A stretch of DNA of 19,841 nt, from assembly GCA_038279365.1 (NCBI GenBank), contig JAYODI010000036.1, forward strand, positions 27,784 through 47,624, written 5' to 3'. This stretch comes from Candidatus Latescibacterota bacterium. GTDB lineage: Bacteria > Latescibacterota > UBA2968. Positions 15,726 through 19,841 of this stretch are shown here, in pieces (the stretch's first letter is position 1; each line of letters starts with the position of its first letter). The notes beneath the pieces were generated by a model. The model was given only the letters and a program-made list of their open reading frames with translations. It did not search any database and was not told where the DNA came from. A program made the position numbers and the translations under genes.

Positions 15726-16766
15726 TTAGCCGATCTCAACCCGCTTACCATCTGACACAAAAGCAGCCTCATAAACTTGCATCACGTTTAAAGCAAATTC
15801 AAGCGTTCCCCGATCTGGTTTTTTATTTTTGATCACACACTCACAAAAATGCATCAACTCGTTAAAAAATCCCTGCGTAAACAGTGCTTTATTTTCTAAC
15901 GTGCCCGTATTGTTTTGTGGCTCCCAAGAAATCGACCCCGTATCCACACCGCTTGGTGCATAATTATTTGTGGTTGCATATTTAAACGGAATACCCCGAT
16001 GCAACGTCACCTTCCGACTGTTCTCAACCTCCACATGCACACCCTCACAAAAAAATGAGTATCGTTCACGTGGTCCCCTCAAACCATCGGCCAAATGCAA
16101 ATTGCCCACTGCACCATTTTCAAATTCCAAAATACAAACCCCACCGCCGTGTGCAGATCGAACCACAGTCACCGCATTTACACGCCCACCCACTTGCATC
16201 ATTGCAGATAATGGATGACATCCATTTCCCAACCAATTGTTCATCTTATTGGCATCTAAAATCTCTTGCCCGTTTTGAGGAATATCCATCCGATATTCGC
16301 CTAAAATGGTTTTCAATGCACCTGCATCTGGAGATTGTACCAATTCCTCAGCTTTTTGAATGGCCGGTTGAAATGCCTTTTTAAAACCAACCACAACCAC
16401 GCGATCACCACGACAATCAATCATGCGCTGCACATCAACCGCGTGTGCAGCAGGCGGTTTCTCCATCCATACATGCAAGCCCGCACCCAATGCCTCACAC
16501 GCCAAGTGGGGGTGTGCAAACGGGCTCACACACAAAAGCACACCATCCAAATCCATCTCCCGATACATCTCGGCAGTCTCAGTAAAACAATGTGTCACAC
16601 CATATTGCCCTGCTGTATTTTCTAAAACAGCCTCATTTTTGTCGCAAAAAGCCACCAATTCCACGGGCAAATAGTTTGTGGTTGGCAATATATTGCGATA
16701 ACAATGCGAGCCAATGCCTACCACCCCCATTCGCAATCGTTTTTCATATTCTCGCCGATAGCTCAT
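15726..16766 (-). CDS. Gfo/Idh/MocA family oxidoreductase
   Basis: [22 protein letters not shown] and VGFKKAF. The start overlaps the upstream stop (ATGA). Confidence 0.92.
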   Translation of the reverse strand: MSYRREYEKRLRMGVVGIGSHCYRNILPTTNYLPVELVAFCDKNEAVLENTAGQYGVTHCFTETAEMYREMDLDGVLLCVSPFAHPHLACEALGAGLHVWMEKPPAAHAVDVQRMIDCRGDRVVVVGFKKAFQPAIQKAEELVQSPDAGALKTILGEYRMDIPQNGQEILDANKMNNWLGNGCHPLSAMMQVGGRVNAVTVVRSAHGGGVCILEFENGAVGNLHLADGLRGPRERYSFFCEGVHVEVENSRKVTLHRGIPFKYATTNNYAPSGVDTGSISWEPQNNTGTLENKALFTQGFFNELMHFCECVIKNKKPDRGTLEFALNVMQVYEAAFVSDGKRVEIG

Positions 16767-17623
16767 AAAATCTCCTTAATTGAATCGCGCAAAAACTTCA
16801 AATTTGCCTCTGTATTTTCAATATATCCATTGGGCTTTTTACCATGGGATGGATTCAAGCAAATCACAGGCGAAACCCCATCGGCAATCGCAGCTTTCAA
16901 AATAGGCACCACAGGCCACGATGCCTGCGCCAATCCAGCTTTCCACACCAACGCCCCTCCAGACACCTCTGCGCGTCCTCCCTTTACATGGATCATGCCT
17001 ATCAATGGTTTCAACATCTGATACACATCCAAAGAAGGAAACGTGCCCATCTGCCAAAGATTTTGAACATCCCAAATCAATGCAACAGCGTTCTGCCGAT
17101 CTAACACATCAAAAAATGAAACAATCTCCTGTGGGCGCGAAAACAAACAGTCCTTCACTTCATTTTCAACAACCACCTCAAAACCCGCATCGACAATGCG
17201 ATCAATGGCCTCTCGGTACACATCAAACACCCACGCATGACAGGCTTTTAAATACACGACCGAATCCAAGATGTCCAACCGCTTCGAAGACATCGCCATT
17301 AACAAACGAATTTGATGAGGATTCAAATCTTTTGCCACCCGAAGTGTCGCATCCAACACGGGCATCCATTTTTCCCGAAAAGCACCTTCACCTGCCTCAA
17401 TGTCACTGTGGAACAAACCCGTAGACATCGTATGAATAGACAAATTGCGGTCAAGCGCCCATTTGGCAATTTGCGTTGCTTCATTTCCATACAACTCAAC
17501 AACAGACTTGCCAAAGAGGCGATCTTTCAAATCCAGCAAACGCAATCCCCACGCCACGTGTTGATCCATGCACGCTTCAATTTGAGTACCAGCCATACTG
17601 TTTAACACCGTTAACTGCGCCAT
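16763..17623 (-). CDS. Sugar phosphate isomerase/epimerase-like TIM barrel protein (start 17623 or 17635)
   Basis: Motifs VVENE, IWDVQN and IHVKGG. Translationally coupled to the downstream oxidoreductase. Confidence 0.8.
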   Translation of the reverse strand: MAQLTVLNSMAGTQIEACMDQHVAWGLRLLDLKDRLFGKSVVELYGNEATQIAKWALDRNLSIHTMSTGLFHSDIEAGEGAFREKWMPVLDATLRVAKDLNPHQIRLLMAMSSKRLDILDSVVYLKACHAWVFDVYREAIDRIVDAGFEVVVENEVKDCLFSRPQEIVSFFDVLDRQNAVALIWDVQNLWQMGTFPSLDVYQMLKPLIGMIHVKGGRAEVSGGALVWKAGLAQASWPVVPILKAAIADGVSPVICLNPSHGKKPNGYIENTEANLKFLRDSIKEIL

Positions 17624-17699
17624 ATAGATATCCATTTCCCCCAAAATCTCATCATTAAACGCCCCTTGTCACCATCGCGATGCCCTGCACCTACACAGA

Positions 17700-18605
17700 T
17701 CACTTGCCCCAAGTCATAATCGGTTCCAATGCTTGCAAAATCTCATCCAAATATTCCGATGCCACCTCGTCTAAAGGCATTTTGCCATTGCGCTTCATGG
17801 GGCAATCAATCACACCACGTCGAAACAAAACCTCTTTGTAACACCCAGGCAATTGATGTTCAAAGAAAAACAACGGCGCCATCTCCTTATAAATGTGCAT
17901 GGCTCGTTCATCATCTTCATTTTCTAAGGCATTCCAAAACTGCACCACCACATCGGTCACATGACAACCTGGCATATTGCCCACAGAACCACGCCGATAT
18001 TCCTCAATCAAATACCGACCTCCAGCCCCCCCCATCACACCCAAACACTCGCCCTTATTACCATCCATAATTTGTTGTAACACAACAGGTGAAGGAATCG
18101 TCTCCTCTTTGATATAGTCGATATACTCAATCTCGCGACACAGCTTCAATAAAAAGTCTGCCGACATCTGAATCCCAATCGGTGGCATATTGTTTTGAAT
18201 CCACACAGGAATCTGAGCCGCCTGAGCAATGCCCACATAATAATCGTAAACAGCCGCCATATTCACACCGGCCTTATTTGCATAAGGCGGCATTGCAATC
18301 ACGCTATCAGCCCCAATTTCACGGGCGTGTTTGGCAAACATCATTGCCACTTCGCGCGACACCCCAGCCACACCAATAACCGTGGGCACACGCCCTGCAT
18401 TTTGTTCAACCATCACCTCAGACATTTGCATACGCTCGGCATCGGTCAGCGTAAAAAATTCACTCGCATTCACCGGATAAACCAAACCCAGTGCCCCACA
18501 ATCCACACAAAAATCAATCACACGGCGAAAACTATCCACATCAATGTCACCATTTTCTTTAAACGGTGTCGTAGGAATTGTGAAAATACCACGAAAAGGG
18601 GCCAT
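17700..18605 (-). CDS. Dihydrodipicolinate synthase family protein (keto-deoxy sugar acid dehydratase/aldolase-like)
   Basis: GIFTIPTTPF, PVNASEFFTLTDAER, GRVPTVIGV, AMPPY, WIQN and the Schiff-base Lys in YIKEE. GAGGAG RBS. Confidence 0.9.
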   Translation of the reverse strand: MAPFRGIFTIPTTPFKENGDIDVDSFRRVIDFCVDCGALGLVYPVNASEFFTLTDAERMQMSEVMVEQNAGRVPTVIGVAGVSREVAMMFAKHAREIGADSVIAMPPYANKAGVNMAAVYDYYVGIAQAAQIPVWIQNNMPPIGIQMSADFLLKLCREIEYIDYIKEETIPSPVVLQQIMDGNKGECLGVMGGAGGRYLIEEYRRGSVGNMPGCHVTDVVVQFWNALENEDDERAMHIYKEMAPLFFFEHQLPGCYKEVLFRRGVIDCPMKRNGKMPLDEVASEYLDEILQALEPIMTWGK

Positions 18606-18984
18606 TCAAATCTCCTCAATCAAAATATTAAAAATCCACCCACAATGTCATGTCTCTAAAAACAGTATCAAGATGGGTATGTCAAGCAAAAACAGCAGGC
18701 ACATAATGCCACAAAACCTCATAATCACACCTATCATAAACGCATATCAAAATATCCTTTTAAATTTGACGACATAAACATTAATTTATCATCTTCATGG
18801 GAATCTATACACAAATCGCGCTATCAATCACCATAACACGCCTAAAAAATTGCTGACGCACCATTCAAAATTAACTACCTTATAACAACCCTATTTTGAA
18901 AAGCAGACAAGCCAATTGTTTGCCATTGTCATTTATCTATCATACAACCACAACGGGTCTACCAAGTCATATAGGAGATACACG

Positions 18985-19716
18985 ATGTCACTTATCACAA
19001 TCATTGGCCGAGGCCACTCTGGCACACGCATGATTTCACATACTCTTTATGCCAGCAGTGTCTTTATGGGTCGCCTCCTCAACACCTCTGGCGACAAAAT
19101 GCCTCCCGACGACTTGTATGAAGCGTGTCGTGTGATGGCCAAATATGTCAAATGGAACGGCGATCTGTCGTGGAACTTTGACGACCTACACACCATGCCC
19201 ATAGATCCCGAATTCACCAAATTGATCGAATCTTATCTCGCCGACGTACTGAGCAACAAATCAGAACACAAAGGCTGGAAACTCCCTGAAACCACCCTCA
19301 TTTACCCCTGGATTGCACGGATGTTTCCCGACATGAAATATATCTATTTGGTGCGCGACCCACGCGACAGCATCATTGGCCGCCACAAAACAGATGACCT
19401 GCGAGACTTTGGCATTCAATATCCCGAAACAGACAACGAACGAGAACAACGCGCCATCTCTTGGAAATACCAATATGAAATCATCAAAGCCACCCCCCAA
19501 CCCAAAAATTGGTTGCCGATTCGTTTTGAAGACTTTATTCTCGACCAAGAAAAAACCGTCCAAAAACTCGAAAATTTTCTCGAAATCCCCCTGTGTCGCA
19601 TCATCGTAAACCCCGCCCCCGTAGGCCGTTGGAAAACCGACACAGAGCAACACTTTTTTGAAATGTTTCGCACCTCAATGATCGAAAGTGGTTACACAGA
19701 AGGTTTGCCAGAATAG
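18985..19716 (+). CDS. Sulfotransferase family protein
   Basis: 5'-PSB loop IIGRGHSGT, GWKLP, 3'-PB motif LVRDPRDS, IRFEDF and VGRWK. ATG 18985 follows AGGAG. Confidence 0.88.
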   Translation: MSLITIIGRGHSGTRMISHTLYASSVFMGRLLNTSGDKMPPDDLYEACRVMAKYVKWNGDLSWNFDDLHTMPIDPEFTKLIESYLADVLSNKSEHKGWKLPETTLIYPWIARMFPDMKYIYLVRDPRDSIIGRHKTDDLRDFGIQYPETDNEREQRAISWKYQYEIIKATPQPKNWLPIRFEDFILDQEKTVQKLENFLEIPLCRIIVNPAPVGRWKTDTEQHFFEMFRTSMIESGYTEGLPE

Positions 19717-19841
19717 GCGCACAGGCGAATAGACGAATAGGCGAATAGGCGAATAGACGAATCAAAACCTATTCGTAGATGACTCGTTACGCTCGTTGTA
19801 GCCCGCGTCTGTGCGTTGATTCGCAATTTCGTTGATTCGCA
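19711..19841 (+). repeat. Dispersed repeat element, copy 2, with (GAATAGRC)n tandem arm; runs to the window end
   Basis: Six 8-mer units at 19711-19758 (one degenerate), then a core matching the reverse complement of 4988-5055. Confidence 0.92.

Noticed and set aside
17673..17682. Perfect palindrome CATCGCGATG in an intergenic gap
   Set aside because: It is only 10 bp, occurs once, and lies inside a likely operon; this is insufficient evidence for an operator or REP.
17700..18605. Calling this gene dapA
   Set aside because: It lacks the DHDPS GTTGE motif and catalytic Tyr, and its context is sugar catabolism.
18606..18984. Promoters or a small RNA in the divergent intergenic region
   Set aside because: TTGACA/TTGACG-like hexamers are present, but without a convincingly spaced -10, and no clear stable structure was seen.

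Overview
Gene-dense bacterial window of moderate GC, with a strongly C/A-rich + strand and most genes on the - strand. The gene mix (sulfatase, Gfo/Idh/MocA oxidoreductases, TIM-barrel isomerases, BNR-4 protein) suggests a glycan-degrading heterotroph, possibly an uncultured marine lineage; taxonomy is an inference only. The left end carries a corrinoid-dependent methyltransferase module on the - strand: an uncharacterised protein with two FxCGQAH motifs, an MtaA/CmuA-family methyltransferase, a B12-binding corrinoid protein, and a RACo/ASKHA reductive activator. The activator is missing from the ORF track because it runs off the window edge, and it has an extra four-Cys N-terminal domain. The rest holds a Cof-type HAD hydrolase, two Gfo/Idh/MocA plus TIM-barrel pairs, a TPR protein, a histidine phosphatase, two lipoproteins, a truncated RIFT-barrel/RG-lyase-like protein, uppP, an ARSK-like sulfatase with altered active-site motifs, a BNR-4 protein, a DapA-family enzyme and a sulfotransferase. 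Non-coding signals include two copies of a ~110-130 bp element with 8-mer tandem arms (4981-5092 and 19711-19841), a family of 7-mer repeats at three loci, a frameshifted IS3-family transposase scar (13980-14109) and three intrinsic terminators. All family assignments come from motif recognition by eye; no database search was run.
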